64,000 bases of DNA from Actinomycetales bacterium (GCA_015655375.1 JAATFD010000041.1:8612-72611), one strand, 5' to 3'; counted from the stretch's first letter, positions 40,304 to 50,485 are shown. The notes: generated by a model not told the origin, from the sequence alone. Made by a program: numbers and translations.

Positions 40304-40790
40304 ATGCCCCCTCACACCGCAACCCGAGCCGGTCCATCATCCGCCACGACGGCTTGTTGTCCGCGAAGCACCCGGCCGTCACCCGACGCAGTCCGAGATC
40401 GTCGAAGCACAGGTCGAGCATCCGAGAAGCTGCCCCACTGGCCAAGCCCTTGCCCTGATGTGCGGGGTCGAAGACCCATCCGACCTCGGCCTCGGTCGAG
40501 CGCGCTCGGTCGACCACCTCCGTCTGGCCCCACCCGTCCTCAATGGTCACGCGCAGGTCTCCGACGACAGCGCCTCCCGACTCGACAATGATCATCGAGC
40601 TCATCTGTGCCGGGGTCGGAAACCCCTCGACGAACGCTTCCTCATCATTGACCAAGGACGTCATCCACTGTGAGGCCTCGGGCAGGCGCCGGTAGGCCCA
40701 TACGGCCTGTGCATCCGCTGAGGTCGGGCGCCGGAGCACGCATCGCGGCGTGTACACGGGCCATGGCACTGCATCCAGAGTGACGGACAT
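40152..40790 (-). CDS. GNAT-family N-acetyltransferase (RimJ/RimL-like)
   Basis: The ATG at 40790 gives MSVTLDAVPWPVYTPRCVLRRPTSADAQAVWAYR...VGWVFDPAHQGKGLASGAASRMLDLCFDDLGLRRV...NKPSWRMMDRLG. Confidence 0.8.
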   Translation of the reverse strand: MSVTLDAVPWPVYTPRCVLRRPTSADAQAVWAYRRLPEASQWMTSLVNDEEAFVEGFPTPAQMSSMIIVESGGAVVGDLRVTIEDGWGQTEVVDRARSTEAEVGWVFDPAHQGKGLASGAASRMLDLCFDDLGLRRVTAGCFADNKPSWRMMDRLGLRCEGAFTADSLHRDGRWLDSYSYAILREEWAALREERVGRSGWNTDRTVSGQKPE

Positions 40791-40919
40791 GGAACCACCG
40801 TAGCCGGGGCGGGGCCGGGCAGGGCCGACCATCCTCGAAGTGGGTCTTCTCAGACCCGCCGAACGAACCGGCGCCCGGGTCATCGGCCGCTCCAGGAACC
40901 CCTCGCCTACGATCGACAG

Positions 40920-41576
40920 GTGCACACGAGCGATCCGACGCCCCCGTCAACGGGCCTGCGCTCGCTCGCGACCTCGATGGCCACGCTGATCGGCCCGCGT
41001 GACGGTTGGTGGCCCGCCGGGTCCCGCTTCGAAGTGATGATCGGCGCGGTCCTCGTCCAACAGACCGCATGGGAGAGCGCCGCCCGTTCAATTGCTTCCC
41101 TGCGCGAGTGCGGGCTGCTGGCACCCGACACGCTCGCCGAGGCCGACCCCGACCTCGTTCGCGACCACATCCGGCCCAGCGGATTCATGGTGGCGAAGGC
41201 GCGGGCGCTAACGGAGATCGCACGATGGGTAACCGACCGGGACATCCGCGAATCGACACTCCCCGAGGTCGAGGACGCCGCACTGCGCGCGGAGTTGCTC
41301 GCTCTGCCCGGCGTCGGTCCCGAGACCGCCGACGCGATGATGCTCTTCGCCTTCGACCGACCCGTGTTCGTCGCCGACGCCTACGCGAGACGGTTGTTCG
41401 AGGGCGTCGGATGGACGGCTCCGCACAGTTACGAGGACCTGCGGAGCGCGGGAATGGCGCGGGCCGCTGCCGAGAATCTCAGCGTTGTCGAGTGTCAGGA
41501 ACTCCACGCCCTGATCGATGAGTACGGCAAACGGGTCCGTCAGGGCGCGCGAACGTACCGCGAGCTGATCGGCTGA
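40920..41576 (+). CDS. Endonuclease III-related HhH-GPD superfamily protein
   Basis: WWPAGSRFEVMIGAVLVQQTAWESAARSI...LPGVGPETADAMMLFAFDRPVFVADAY. No C-terminal Fe-S Cys cluster is seen. The start is uncertain (GTG 40920 or ATG 40980). Confidence 0.75.
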   Translation: MHTSDPTPPSTGLRSLATSMATLIGPRDGWWPAGSRFEVMIGAVLVQQTAWESAARSIASLRECGLLAPDTLAEADPDLVRDHIRPSGFMVAKARALTEIARWVTDRDIRESTLPEVEDAALRAELLALPGVGPETADAMMLFAFDRPVFVADAYARRLFEGVGWTAPHSYEDLRSAGMARAAAENLSVVECQELHALIDEYGKRVRQGARTYRELIG

Positions 41577-41648
41577 GTCAACTGGGCGCGGACACTCCCA
41601 CGGTGGCGTTGGCGCCTCCTGCCATTCCGCAACGGCCGGACAAATCCG

Positions 41649-42169
41649 TCATACGAGCAGCTTGACGAGATTGAGGATCAGGTAGAACGACGCGGTCGTC
41701 CCGAGAAACAACCGAACCGGGAATCCCTCCGTCATGAAATACATCGAGGTCGCCGGCGTTCGCGACCACCATCGTGAATCCGGCAAGGATTCCGAACACC
41801 CAGCTTGAGGCGGCCGGCTCCAGACGCGGAGGCAGCCTCCGGAGCCGCGCCCGGGGTCAAGTCCGGCATCGTCTCCTGGACTGGCTCGGATGTCGCGACG
41901 GATTCCGGCACACGCTCCGAGGAAAGCCCCACAACCTGCTCAGATCCAGCGGCAGGTTCACTCGTCGCTTCCACGACTCTCGCGTCGTGCGCAGCTCTCG
42001 TCTTCTTCAATTCCCTGGTGGACAAGAGGTTCCACGAGACGAAGACGAGGATGATGACGCCGATGAGCTTTCGAGTCAGAGTATCGGCGGCGATCAGCAG
42101 GAATCCCGCACCCGCGACAACCCCGATGAACACCGTCGGCAGCCGCGACCCATCCTCATCAATCGTCAT
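41649..42169 (-). pseudogene. TauE/SafE (DUF81) sulfite-exporter-family membrane protein remnant: two frameshifts and missing termini
   Basis: Family-like sequence is spread over three reverse frames: ...LPTVFIGVVAGAGFLLIAADTLTRKLIGVIILVFVSW... / ...FGILAGFTMVVANAG... / MYFMTEGFPVRLFLGTTASFYLILNLVKLLV*. Intact members read ...GFTTMVANAGGPVMxMYF...FLGTxAxFFxxxNLxKLP.... Confidence 0.6.
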
Positions 42170-42851
42170 GAGTAGCGATGGCCCACACCACGCGCCAGCG
42201 TGCAGCCAGCGACTCGATGTTCTCGTGGGCGTTGAGTCCGCTGGGTTGGGGCACGACCCACAGGATGACCTCATCCGGCCAACCAGCGATCCCACTCGTC
42301 CCTTGACGGCCAAGAACGGCCTTCGGCCTCGAGAAAGCTGTTCGGAATGCCGTGATCCCTGCGATCGCCACCACGCGAGGACGCAGAACATGCACTCGCT
42401 CGACCAGATGGGCGCCCCCGGCGCGAAGCTCATCGCGGGACAATTCATCGGCCCGCGCCGTGGCCCGCCCGATCAAGTTGGTCAGGCCAATCCCTCGCGA
42501 CAGCACCTGTTGCTCGTCCTCGGCGGCAAGCCCCGCCGCTGCGTCGACCATGTGATCGGTGAGCCCGGCGCGGTGCAGAGAGGGCCAGAACCGGTTGCCG
42601 GGCCTTGCGAACGGAGCATTCACCGCCGCGGTCCACAGACCCGGATTGATCCCCACGATCAACAGCTTCAGCGGCTCTCCCGACGCGGGCAACACATCGT
42701 CGATCGCATCGGGGTCATCAGTGGCAAATCGCCCGAGCTCGTCCCTGGTGGGACGCCGACCATCCAGCGGCGACGGCCTTCGAGGAATGGCGGGAACGAT
42801 CGGTCGGCCGAACGAGGTCGCAGACGGCTCATCGGTACTCACGTGAGGCAC
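42159..42851 (-). CDS. mug: G/U mismatch-specific uracil-DNA glycosylase (Mug/TDG, UDG family 2)
   Basis: LKLLIVGINPGLWTA...NRFWPSL...GIGLTNL...VVPQPSGLNAH. The GINPG and PSGLN motifs are present. The GTG start at 42851 (or 42842) is inferred. Confidence 0.8.
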   Translation of the reverse strand: MPHVSTDEPSATSFGRPIVPAIPRRPSPLDGRRPTRDELGRFATDDPDAIDDVLPASGEPLKLLIVGINPGLWTAAVNAPFARPGNRFWPSLHRAGLTDHMVDAAAGLAAEDEQQVLSRGIGLTNLIGRATARADELSRDELRAGGAHLVERVHVLRPRVVAIAGITAFRTAFSRPKAVLGRQGTSGIAGWPDEVILWVVPQPSGLNAHENIESLAARWRVVWAIATHDD

Positions 42852-42885
42852 TGTAGCCTCGGACGTCGCGACCGAGCGCGGCCGA

Positions 42886-43995
42886 TCAGCTCGTCGCAGT
42901 CTGGAAATCTGCTCCCTCGGCCAAGGTCTGAAGCAATTCGGGCATGATCGCCTTGTTCCAGAAGTACCCGCAGTAGTGAGACACCCCGAAGTCCGGAAGG
43001 AACGGGCGGGCAGCTGTGATGCGGCGCTCCATTGCCTCGAGGCCGTCATTGCATTCCACACCGAGATAGATGTCCGCGTCCGCGACATCAAGCCGGGACA
43101 ATGGCTCGAAATATGACTCGTCCGAGTCCGTCATCGTCGGCAGATGGAAGTAGTCGACCGCGTTGCCCGAGGCCCGCTGGATCGAAGTGGACAGCCGGAC
43201 CGGAAGATCGATGTCGGCCAGGGGAAGAACGGGATAGCTCGGCGACGTTCCACAACAGATGTGGAAGCCGATGCGGACTCGATCGGGCAGGCCGGCCAAA
43301 TGTCCCTGGATGTAGTCGGACGACGTGTACTGCGCGAATAATTCGTTTTCGGGAAGGTCGGGAACCCAGTCGAGCAGCTTCGCCCAGGTGCCGCCGATGT
43401 GGATCATCTCGGTGCAGAAATCAATCTGGATGCACAACTCGTCGGCGGGGATTACCTCGAGCATGCGTTGGTACTCCTCCTGCACGGCCTGTTGCCACGC
43501 CTCGATGACGACCGGCCACTCGGTGACCTCCGCAAAGCTGATCGACACCACATCGTGCGCTCCGGGGATCGAGCACTGGAAGCGAGTTCCCTCGGGGATC
43601 CGTCCCGCCACCTGCATCCTCTTGAAGAGGCGATAGGACTCGATCGCTTCGCTCGCGTAGGGAAGCCTTCCGCGCAGATCGACAGTGGCCCCGGGTCTGA
43701 TGCGCAGTGACTTCCACTGTTGGTAGCGGTGTCCCTCAGGCTGGCTGAGGTCCCGCGGAGCCTCCTCGAAGCATGGCGCAGTGGCGAGCACGTGGTTGTT
43801 CACAGCGGTGATCCACCCTCGTCGTTCCACATCGGTCTCACCGTCCGGCCAACTCAAGGCGCGGTTGCCGATCGTATCGGCCAACAGAGAGAAGACACCC
43901 TCGGCGCCGTCGGCGGGGATGCCCCCGGAAAACATCACATTGCGGCGCACGCAGCGCCTCCTTTCCTGGGGAAAACAGTGAACGCGGAGCCTCAT
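42886..43995 (-). CDS. Hypothetical protein (369 aa); weak resemblance to MetE-C/UROD-like TIM-barrel enzymes
   Basis: The ATG at 43995 has an AGGAG RBS 6 nt upstream. There are no TM segments. An HxC motif (GFHICCGT) and a late Cys (SHYCGYF) resemble the Zn-site spacing of cobalamin-independent methionine-synthase-like proteins. The function is not assignable from the sequence alone. Confidence 0.5.
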   Translation of the reverse strand: MRLRVHCFPQERRRCVRRNVMFSGGIPADGAEGVFSLLADTIGNRALSWPDGETDVERRGWITAVNNHVLATAPCFEEAPRDLSQPEGHRYQQWKSLRIRPGATVDLRGRLPYASEAIESYRLFKRMQVAGRIPEGTRFQCSIPGAHDVVSISFAEVTEWPVVIEAWQQAVQEEYQRMLEVIPADELCIQIDFCTEMIHIGGTWAKLLDWVPDLPENELFAQYTSSDYIQGHLAGLPDRVRIGFHICCGTSPSYPVLPLADIDLPVRLSTSIQRASGNAVDYFHLPTMTDSDESYFEPLSRLDVADADIYLGVECNDGLEAMERRITAARPFLPDFGVSHYCGYFWNKAIMPELLQTLAEGADFQTATS

Positions 43996-44280
43996 CGCGA
44001 GCTCCTGTCGCTCCGTAGTACATCATGGCGATCAGGAAAACACGGTCAGCGCGCATCCCCAACGACATCGACGCTCACGGTCACGGCCGCCGAACAAAGC
44101 CGTTTGTTGCCCGTCGACAGCGACGCATGCGCGAACACGGCAGATCCCAGCGATACCCCACTGGGGTGCCCGTGGGGGCCAGATCGGAGAGACATCGGTC
44201 GCCACTTCTGCGGCAAGGTTGCCCTCCCCTGCACATTGAACCTGAAGTCAGTCCGTTGTTCCACAGGCTTCATCGGGCGC

Positions 44281-44487
44281 TCAACCGATTCGTTTGAAAG
44301 ACACGGTCTTGTTCTTTATCGAGATCCGGCCAACTTCATAACCGTAATCGGCCAGATCTTTCTTGGCGTTGAGGAACGAATGATCGATCTCAAAACCGAG
44401 CACCTCATGTATCTCGCCGAACGTCATAGTGAACGACGGTGAGTCATGACCACCCACGTGCCGCCACAACGGATCGTATTTGCTCAT
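44281..44487 (-). CDS. Small hypothetical protein (68 aa) in a low-G+C patch
   Basis: The ATG at 44487 has a GGGGAG RBS. MSKYDPLWRHVGGHDSPSFTMTFGEIHEVLGFEIDHSFLNAKKDLADYGYEVGRISIKNKTVSFKRIG. Composition is clearly more A+T-rich than the flanks. Confidence 0.5.
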   Translation of the reverse strand: MSKYDPLWRHVGGHDSPSFTMTFGEIHEVLGFEIDHSFLNAKKDLADYGYEVGRISIKNKTVSFKRIG

Positions 44488-44592
44488 ACCGCTCCCCACG
44501 CCGAACATGACTGCTCCACTGCTATCACCGCGTGATAACCGCCCCATCTGCGATACGTCTGATAACAGCAAGAACCCCGGAACCATGCGGAT

Positions 44593-45675
44593 CTACACGT
44601 TAAACTTGAAGTCCACAATGTCTCCGTCCTGCATGATGTAGTCCTTGCCCTCCATGCGGACCTTGCCGTGCGCGCGGGCCTCGGCCATCGAGCCCAGCTC
44701 CATGAGGTCGTCGTAGGAGACGATCTCCGCCTTGATGAATCCCCGCTGGAAGTCTGTGTGGATCACGCCGGCCGCCTCGGGCGCGGTGTCGCCCTGGTGG
44801 ATCGTCCACGCGCGAGATTCCTTCGGCCCCGCAGTCAGGAAGGTCCTCAGTCCCAGGGTGTCGAAGCCGACGCGGGCCAACTTGTCCAGTCCGGACTCAT
44901 TCTGGCCCGAATCCTCGAGCATCTCACGAGCGTCATCGGGCTCCAACTCGACGAGTTCGGCCTCGAACTCCGCATCCAAGAAGATCGCCTCGGCGGGCGC
45001 GACCAACGCCCGCAACTCCGCCTGCAGGCCCTCGTCGGACATTCCGTCCTCGTCCATGTTGAAGACATAGATGAACGGCTTGGAGGTCATCAGCTGGAAG
45101 GACTTCAGCGCATCCTGGTCCAGCCTCTGCCCCTCGGGTCCGCTCAGCAGCTCACCGCGTTCCAGCAAGTCGAGGGCGGCGCGCGCCGTCTCCAGGACGA
45201 TCGTCTCGGTCTTCTTGCCGCGGACTTCCTTCTCCAGGCGTGGAATCTGCTTCTCCAGTGTCTGGATGTCGGCCAGGATCAGCTCGGTCGAGATCGTCTC
45301 GATGTCGTCCCTCGGAGAGACCTTGCCATCGACGTGGACGACATCGGGATCCTGGAATGCACGGGTCACCTGGCAGATCGCATCGGCCTCGCGGATGTTC
45401 GCAAGGAACTGGTTCCCCAGCCCCTCCCCCTCGGAGGCGCCCCGCACAATGCCAGCGATGTCGACGAAGGACACAGTTGCCGGAACGATGCGCTCCGAGT
45501 CATACATCTCGGAGAGGTTCTCCAGGCGAGGGTCCGGCAGCGGCACGATCCCGACATTCGGCTCGATCGTGGCGAAGGGATAGTTCGCGGCGAGCACCGT
45601 GGCACGCGTCAACGCGTTGAACAGGGTCGACTTGCCGACGTTGGGGAGTCCGGCGATTCCGATGGTGAGAGACAC
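44593..45675 (-). CDS. ychF: Redox-regulated ribosome-binding ATPase YchF
   Basis: GTG start; SLTIGIAGLPNVGKSTLFNALT...; C-terminal TGS domain ...AWTIHQGDTAPEAAGVIHTDFQRGFIKAEI. Confidence 0.93.
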   Translation of the reverse strand: MSLTIGIAGLPNVGKSTLFNALTRATVLAANYPFATIEPNVGIVPLPDPRLENLSEMYDSERIVPATVSFVDIAGIVRGASEGEGLGNQFLANIREADAICQVTRAFQDPDVVHVDGKVSPRDDIETISTELILADIQTLEKQIPRLEKEVRGKKTETIVLETARAALDLLERGELLSGPEGQRLDQDALKSFQLMTSKPFIYVFNMDEDGMSDEGLQAELRALVAPAEAIFLDAEFEAELVELEPDDAREMLEDSGQNESGLDKLARVGFDTLGLRTFLTAGPKESRAWTIHQGDTAPEAAGVIHTDFQRGFIKAEIVSYDDLMELGSMAEARAHGKVRMEGKDYIMQDGDIVDFKFNV

Positions 45676-45892
45676 CCGCTCATTCTAGGCGAGGACGCGC
45701 CACCTCGATCCCCTTGATCGGGCGCTCAGATGGAGGTGTGCCGGCTCGCGGCCATGTCCGCCCATGAGGAGCAGAAGAGCTCCGCACGGTTGAGGGCGAT
45801 GAGACCGGCGAGCGTCACAGACACCCGGTCAGGGTGACCAGGAACACATGGCCCGACTTTAGGTTCACATCGTCCTCCGAGCGAGCATCCGA

Positions 45893-46960
45893 TCACCCGG
45901 TGTGGTCCGCGCCGACGCGCCTCGGAGCATGCAGACCGGAATCGACCAGGCCGCTCCCGGCAAGCTCCGCACGCAAGCCGCGCGGCAACGTGAACGTGAT
46001 CGTCTCCGTCTCGGTGCGCACCTCCTCGACGGTGGGGAATCCTCTATCCGTCAACCAATCGATGACCTTACGCACGAGGATCTCGGGCACCGACGCGCCC
46101 GAGGACAGCCCGACGGTCGAGGCGCCCTCGAACCAGGAAGGATCGAGGTCGTCCACCCCGTCGACGCGGTGGGCGGATGGCACTCCGGCCTCCCGAGCGA
46201 CCTCGACCAGGCGCACGGAGTTGGACGAGTTCGCCGAGCCGACGATGACCATGACATCGGCCCGTCCAGCAATCGCCTTGACGGCGACCTGACGATTCTG
46301 GGTCGCATAACAGATGTCGTCACTGGGCGGATCGATCAACGCGGGAAAACGCTCGCGCAGACGATCCACGGTCTGGCGGGTCTCGTCGACCGACAGGGTC
46401 GTCTGGGAGATCCACACGACCCTCTCCGGGTCGCGCACGACCACCCCATCGACCTCGTCGGGAGAACTGACGACCTGGATGCGTGAAGGCGCCTCGCCCT
46501 GGGTCCCCTCGACCTCCTCGTGACCGCGATGTCCGACGAGGATGATGTCACAGTCCCGGTCCGCGAAGCGCACGGCCTCTCGATGAACCTTGGTGACCAA
46601 GGGGCACGTCGCATCGATCGTCGCCAGGTGCCGGGCCTCGGCAGCGGCCCTGACCTGTGGGGACACTCCGTGGGCAGAGAAGACGACATGAGCGCCCTCG
46701 GGCACCTCGTCCGTGTCCTGGACGAAGACCGCACCACGCCGGGTCAGCCTCTCGACGACATACGTGTTGTGGACGATTTCCTTGCGCACATAGACCGGCG
46801 CACCGTAGAGATCCAACGCCTTCTCGACGACATCGACGGCGCGATCCACGCCCGCGCAATACCCACGCGGCGCCGCCACCAGGATCGTGCCGGTGGCGCA
46901 GGACGCCGCAGGATCTGAGAAGGCCCCGGACACGGGCGCCGGAGCGGGTCGGACCGTCAT
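45893..46960 (-). CDS. ispH: 4-hydroxy-3-methylbut-2-enyl diphosphate reductase
   Basis: [17 protein letters not shown]...EIVHN...[10 protein letters not shown]...[11 protein letters not shown]...ICYATQNRQ...[11 protein letters not shown]. Confidence 0.93.
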   Translation of the reverse strand: MTVRPAPAPVSGAFSDPAASCATGTILVAAPRGYCAGVDRAVDVVEKALDLYGAPVYVRKEIVHNTYVVERLTRRGAVFVQDTDEVPEGAHVVFSAHGVSPQVRAAAEARHLATIDATCPLVTKVHREAVRFADRDCDIILVGHRGHEEVEGTQGEAPSRIQVVSSPDEVDGVVVRDPERVVWISQTTLSVDETRQTVDRLRERFPALIDPPSDDICYATQNRQVAVKAIAGRADVMVIVGSANSSNSVRLVEVAREAGVPSAHRVDGVDDLDPSWFEGASTVGLSSGASVPEILVRKVIDWLTDRGFPTVEEVRTETETITFTLPRGLRAELAGSGLVDSGLHAPRRVGADHTG

Positions 46961-47052
46961 GCCACCAATCTAACGGTGCAAACCGAGCACGGCATCCTCA
47001 CCCGCCGCGCCTCCCACGTGACTGTCGCCGCGTGGAATGACATCCTGAAGGT

Positions 47053-48375
47053 GTGTCTTCTCCCCTCCCCCCTGCGAAGAGCCCGGGCTCCCCACCGCGT
47101 CCGCCTGCTGCCCACGCTGCCGAGACCACGCGTGACAACCCCTGGCCGCTGCGCCGTTTGACGGAGAACATTAAGATCTACGTCGACCGCATGTCCGAGC
47201 TGTGGGTCGAGGGTCAGGTCGTCGAGTACAAACCTCGTCCCGGCACACGCATGGCTTTCTTCGTCCTGCGCGACATCGAGACCGACACCTCGATGACGGT
47301 CTCGACTTTTCCTGCCGTCCTTGAGGGAACCGGCCCCGGCTTCGAGGAGGGTGCCCGCGTCGTCACGCGGGTCAAACCCGTCTTTTGGGAACGTCGAGGC
47401 ACCCTCAATCTCCGTGCCGCCGAGGTGCACCTCGAGGGCCTGGGCGACTTGTTGGCCCGCATCGAACAGCTGCGCCGCCGCCTGGCCTCCGAGGGGCTCT
47501 TCGCCGACGACCGCAAGGTCCCTCTGCCCTTCCTGCCGCGTGTCGTCGGCCTCATCTGCGGACGCAACGCGAAGGCCAAGGACGACGTGATCGTCAACGC
47601 GACCGCCAGATGGCCCGCGGTCCGCTTCGAGATCCGTGAGGTCGCCGTCCAGGGCCAGTACGCGGTGGGCGAGGTCAGCGCGGCGATGGCCGACCTCGAT
47701 GCGATCCCCGAGGTCGATGTCATCGTCGTCGCCCGGGGTGGCGGAGCCGTCGAGGATCTCCTCCCGTTCAGCGAGGAAGCGCTTGTTCGTGCCGCTGCAG
47801 CCGTGCGAACCCCCGTGGTGTCCGCCATCGGTCACGAGGGCGACTCCCCGCTGCTCGACCTCGTCGCCGACTACCGCGCTTCGACACCCACGGACGCCGC
47901 CCGGCGGATCGTCCCCGACCGAGCCCGGGAGCTCGACGGCCTCGCCCACGCCGTGACCCGGCTACAGACCCTGGTCGGCACCCGGTTGTCAGCCGAGCGC
48001 CGGTCCCTCGACCTCGTCGCCTCACGGCCAGTCCTGCTCAGTCCCGGTGCCGTCGTCGATCGGCACCGCGCGGTCATCGATTCCCTCGGCCTTCGTCTGG
48101 ACCAGGCGCTCGCCCGCCGACTCGCCGAGGAACGCACCGGACTGGCCCAGGCTCGCGCCACCCTGCAGGCGATCTCGCCCGAGGCGACCCTCGAACGTGG
48201 ATATTCCCTGCTGCGGACTCCCTCGGGAGCCCTCGTACGTTCGACGGATGACGTGCGCAAGGGCGATCTGCTCGAAGGCATCCTCGCCCACGGGCGCCTC
48301 GTCGCCCAAGTCTTCGGAACGAGCCCTGAACCTGAGCCCACGACCACCACCGCATCCCAGGAGGACACCCAATGA
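47053..48375 (+). CDS. xseA: Exodeoxyribonuclease VII large subunit
   Basis: 440 aa with an N-terminal OB fold (...[28 protein letters not shown]...) and catalytic core (...[18 protein letters not shown]...VSAIGHEGD). GTG start. Confidence 0.9.
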   Translation: MSSPLPPAKSPGSPPRPPAAHAAETTRDNPWPLRRLTENIKIYVDRMSELWVEGQVVEYKPRPGTRMAFFVLRDIETDTSMTVSTFPAVLEGTGPGFEEGARVVTRVKPVFWERRGTLNLRAAEVHLEGLGDLLARIEQLRRRLASEGLFADDRKVPLPFLPRVVGLICGRNAKAKDDVIVNATARWPAVRFEIREVAVQGQYAVGEVSAAMADLDAIPEVDVIVVARGGGAVEDLLPFSEEALVRAAAAVRTPVVSAIGHEGDSPLLDLVADYRASTPTDAARRIVPDRARELDGLAHAVTRLQTLVGTRLSAERRSLDLVASRPVLLSPGAVVDRHRAVIDSLGLRLDQALARRLAEERTGLAQARATLQAISPEATLERGYSLLRTPSGALVRSTDDVRKGDLLEGILAHGRLVAQVFGTSPEPEPTTTTASQEDTQ

Positions 48376-48656
48376 GCACCTCGATCCCCATGCCTGCATC
48401 CGACGCCGACGGGGTGACCGGCCCGGACCCCTCGACCCTCGGTTATGAGCAGGCACGCGACGAACTCGTCGAGATCGTTCGCCATCTCGAGGGCGGCGAG
48501 GCCCCCCTCGAAGCGACGATGGCGCTGTGGGAACGAGGTGAAGCGCTGGCCGCCCGGTGCCGCCGGATCCTAGACGACGCCCAGGCGCGGCTCGATCGAG
48601 CCCAGACCCCGACCGCCCCCTCCGCGGCGACCGGGTCCGACCCCACGGGAGACTAG
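48372..48656 (+). CDS. xseB: Exodeoxyribonuclease VII small subunit
   Basis: ATGA overlap with xse[47 protein letters not shown]. Confidence 0.88.
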   Translation: MSTSIPMPASDADGVTGPDPSTLGYEQARDELVEIVRHLEGGEAPLEATMALWERGEALAARCRRILDDAQARLDRAQTPTAPSAATGSDPTGD

Positions 48657-48751
48657 GCTGATGGGGTTCGCGTCGGCGGCACGGTCGCCGTCGACCCGGG
48701 CAGGCACACGAACACGCCGAAGAAGACACACAGTCGGACAGGAGTCCGCGA

Positions 48752-49687
48752 ATGGACCTCGCAACAGACCCCCACGTCCTCGCCATCGGTGAGGCGCTCG
48801 TCGACATCGTCACCCCGGCCACCGACCCGACCCAGGAAACGGAGATTCCGGGGGGATCACCCGCCAACGTCGCCATGACACTCGGGCGACTGGGGCGCAC
48901 GGTGGCGCTGCAGACATGGATCGGCAATGACGAACGCGGACGGACCGTCGCTGAGCACTTCGAAGCCTCGCATGTGGCCATCACCGCAGAGTCCCACGGG
49001 GCCACGCGCACCCCGACGGCCCATGCCGTGCTCGACGAATCCGGCGCTGCTCGCTACACCTTCGACCTCGAATGGGCACCGAACTCTCCCATTGCAGTGG
49101 GACGCGCCGCCCAGGTCGTCCACGCCGGGTCGATCGCGACGACGCTCCAACCGGGATCCGCAGCCGTCCTCGAGGCCCTTGTGCGGGCCCGACGTCACGC
49201 GATCGTCACCTTCGATCCAAATGCGCGGCCCGCGATCATGGGACGCCCCTTCGAGGCACTCAACACGATCACGTCTTTTCTCTGTGTCGCTGACATCGTC
49301 AAGGTTTCCGACGAGGACATCGATTGGCTGACCGGAGGACGCGACGTCGATTCGGTGGTGAGCGACTGGTTGACGATGGGACCCTCCCTCGTCATCGTCA
49401 CGCGCGGCAAGGATGGCGCTCTGGCCCGCACGCCCTCGGGGCTACGACGCACGTGGGCACCCGGTAACGTGGCGGTCGTCGACACGGTCGGCGCGGGAGA
49501 TTCCTTCATGGGGGGCGTCATCGACGCCCTGTGGGCCTTGGGTCTGGTGGGAGCCGGGGCACGGCCCGCCCTGCACACGCTCACCGACGAGCAGATCGAC
49601 ACAGTCCTTGGTAGAGCCTCGGCGATCTCGGACATCACAGTCTCTCGGGCCGGAGCGAACCCGCCATGGTCAGAAGAACTCGACTGA
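48752..49687 (+). CDS. PfkB-family carbohydrate kinase (fructokinase-like)
   Basis: VLAIGEALVDIV...GGSPANVA...VVDTVGAGDSFMGG...TVSRAGANPP. An AGGAG RBS is present. Confidence 0.82.
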   Translation: MDLATDPHVLAIGEALVDIVTPATDPTQETEIPGGSPANVAMTLGRLGRTVALQTWIGNDERGRTVAEHFEASHVAITAESHGATRTPTAHAVLDESGAARYTFDLEWAPNSPIAVGRAAQVVHAGSIATTLQPGSAAVLEALVRARRHAIVTFDPNARPAIMGRPFEALNTITSFLCVADIVKVSDEDIDWLTGGRDVDSVVSDWLTMGPSLVIVTRGKDGALARTPSGLRRTWAPGNVAVVDTVGAGDSFMGGVIDALWALGLVGAGARPALHTLTDEQIDTVLGRASAISDITVSRAGANPPWSEELD

Positions 49688-49723
49688 GGCCGCGTTGACA
49701 GCAACCCGCTGCTACGGCCGGCG

Positions 49724-50485
49724 TCAGCGGCCCATGCGCCGCTCGCGCTGACCGTAGCTGCGCAATGCCCGAAGGAAATCGACCCGCCGGAAGTCAGGCC
49801 AGTAGGCCTCGCAGAAGTAGTACTCGGAGTGCACCGACTGCCACATCATGAATCCTGACAACCGCTGCTCCCCGGACGTGCGGATGACGAGGTCGGGATC
49901 GGGCTGCCCCTTGGTGTACAGGTGGCCGGTGATATCCGCGTCCGTCAGCGAGTCCGCCACCTCATCCAGAGTTCTCCCGTCATCGGAGGCCTCACGGAGA
50001 AAAGACTTCACCGCATCGGCGATCTCGTGACGGCCGCCGTAACTGACCGCGATGTTGACCTGCATGCCCTCGGTCTGTGAAGTCGCGTCGGAGGCCTCCC
50101 GCAGGGCGTCGGCGAGCTCCGGCTTGAGCAGGGACAGATCCCCGACGATCGTCAGCCGCCATCGGCCCTGGGCAGCCAGGGTCCGCACCGCCGCGATGAT
50201 GATGTCGAAAAGCTCCGCCAGCTCCTCGGGATCACGTTCAAGATTGTCGGTGGACAGCATCCACAGCGTGACTATCTCAACGCCGGCTTCATCCGCCCAT
50301 TCGAGGAATTCCTGGATCTTGCCAGCTCCGGCCCGATGTCCGTGGGACGCGGTTGTGCCGATGGAACGGGCCCATCGCCGGTTCCCGTCGAGGATCACCC
50401 CCACGTGGCGCGGCACAGAATCCGGATCGAGCTCGGCGCGGATCCTGCGCTCGTAGAGGTCGTAGAGCAGGTTCCAGTGCGCCAT
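49724..50485 (-). CDS. Isoprenyl transferase (cis-prenyl diphosphate synthase, UppS family; short-chain Z-FPP-synthase-like)
   Basis: PRHVGVILDGNRRWA...VTLWMLSTDNLER...LSGFMMWQSVHSEYYF... Confidence 0.88.
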   Translation of the reverse strand: MAHWNLLYDLYERRIRAELDPDSVPRHVGVILDGNRRWARSIGTTASHGHRAGAGKIQEFLEWADEAGVEIVTLWMLSTDNLERDPEELAELFDIIIAAVRTLAAQGRWRLTIVGDLSLLKPELADALREASDATSQTEGMQVNIAVSYGGRHEIADAVKSFLREASDDGRTLDEVADSLTDADITGHLYTKGQPDPDLVIRTSGEQRLSGFMMWQSVHSEYYFCEAYWPDFRRVDFLRALRSYGQRERRMGR

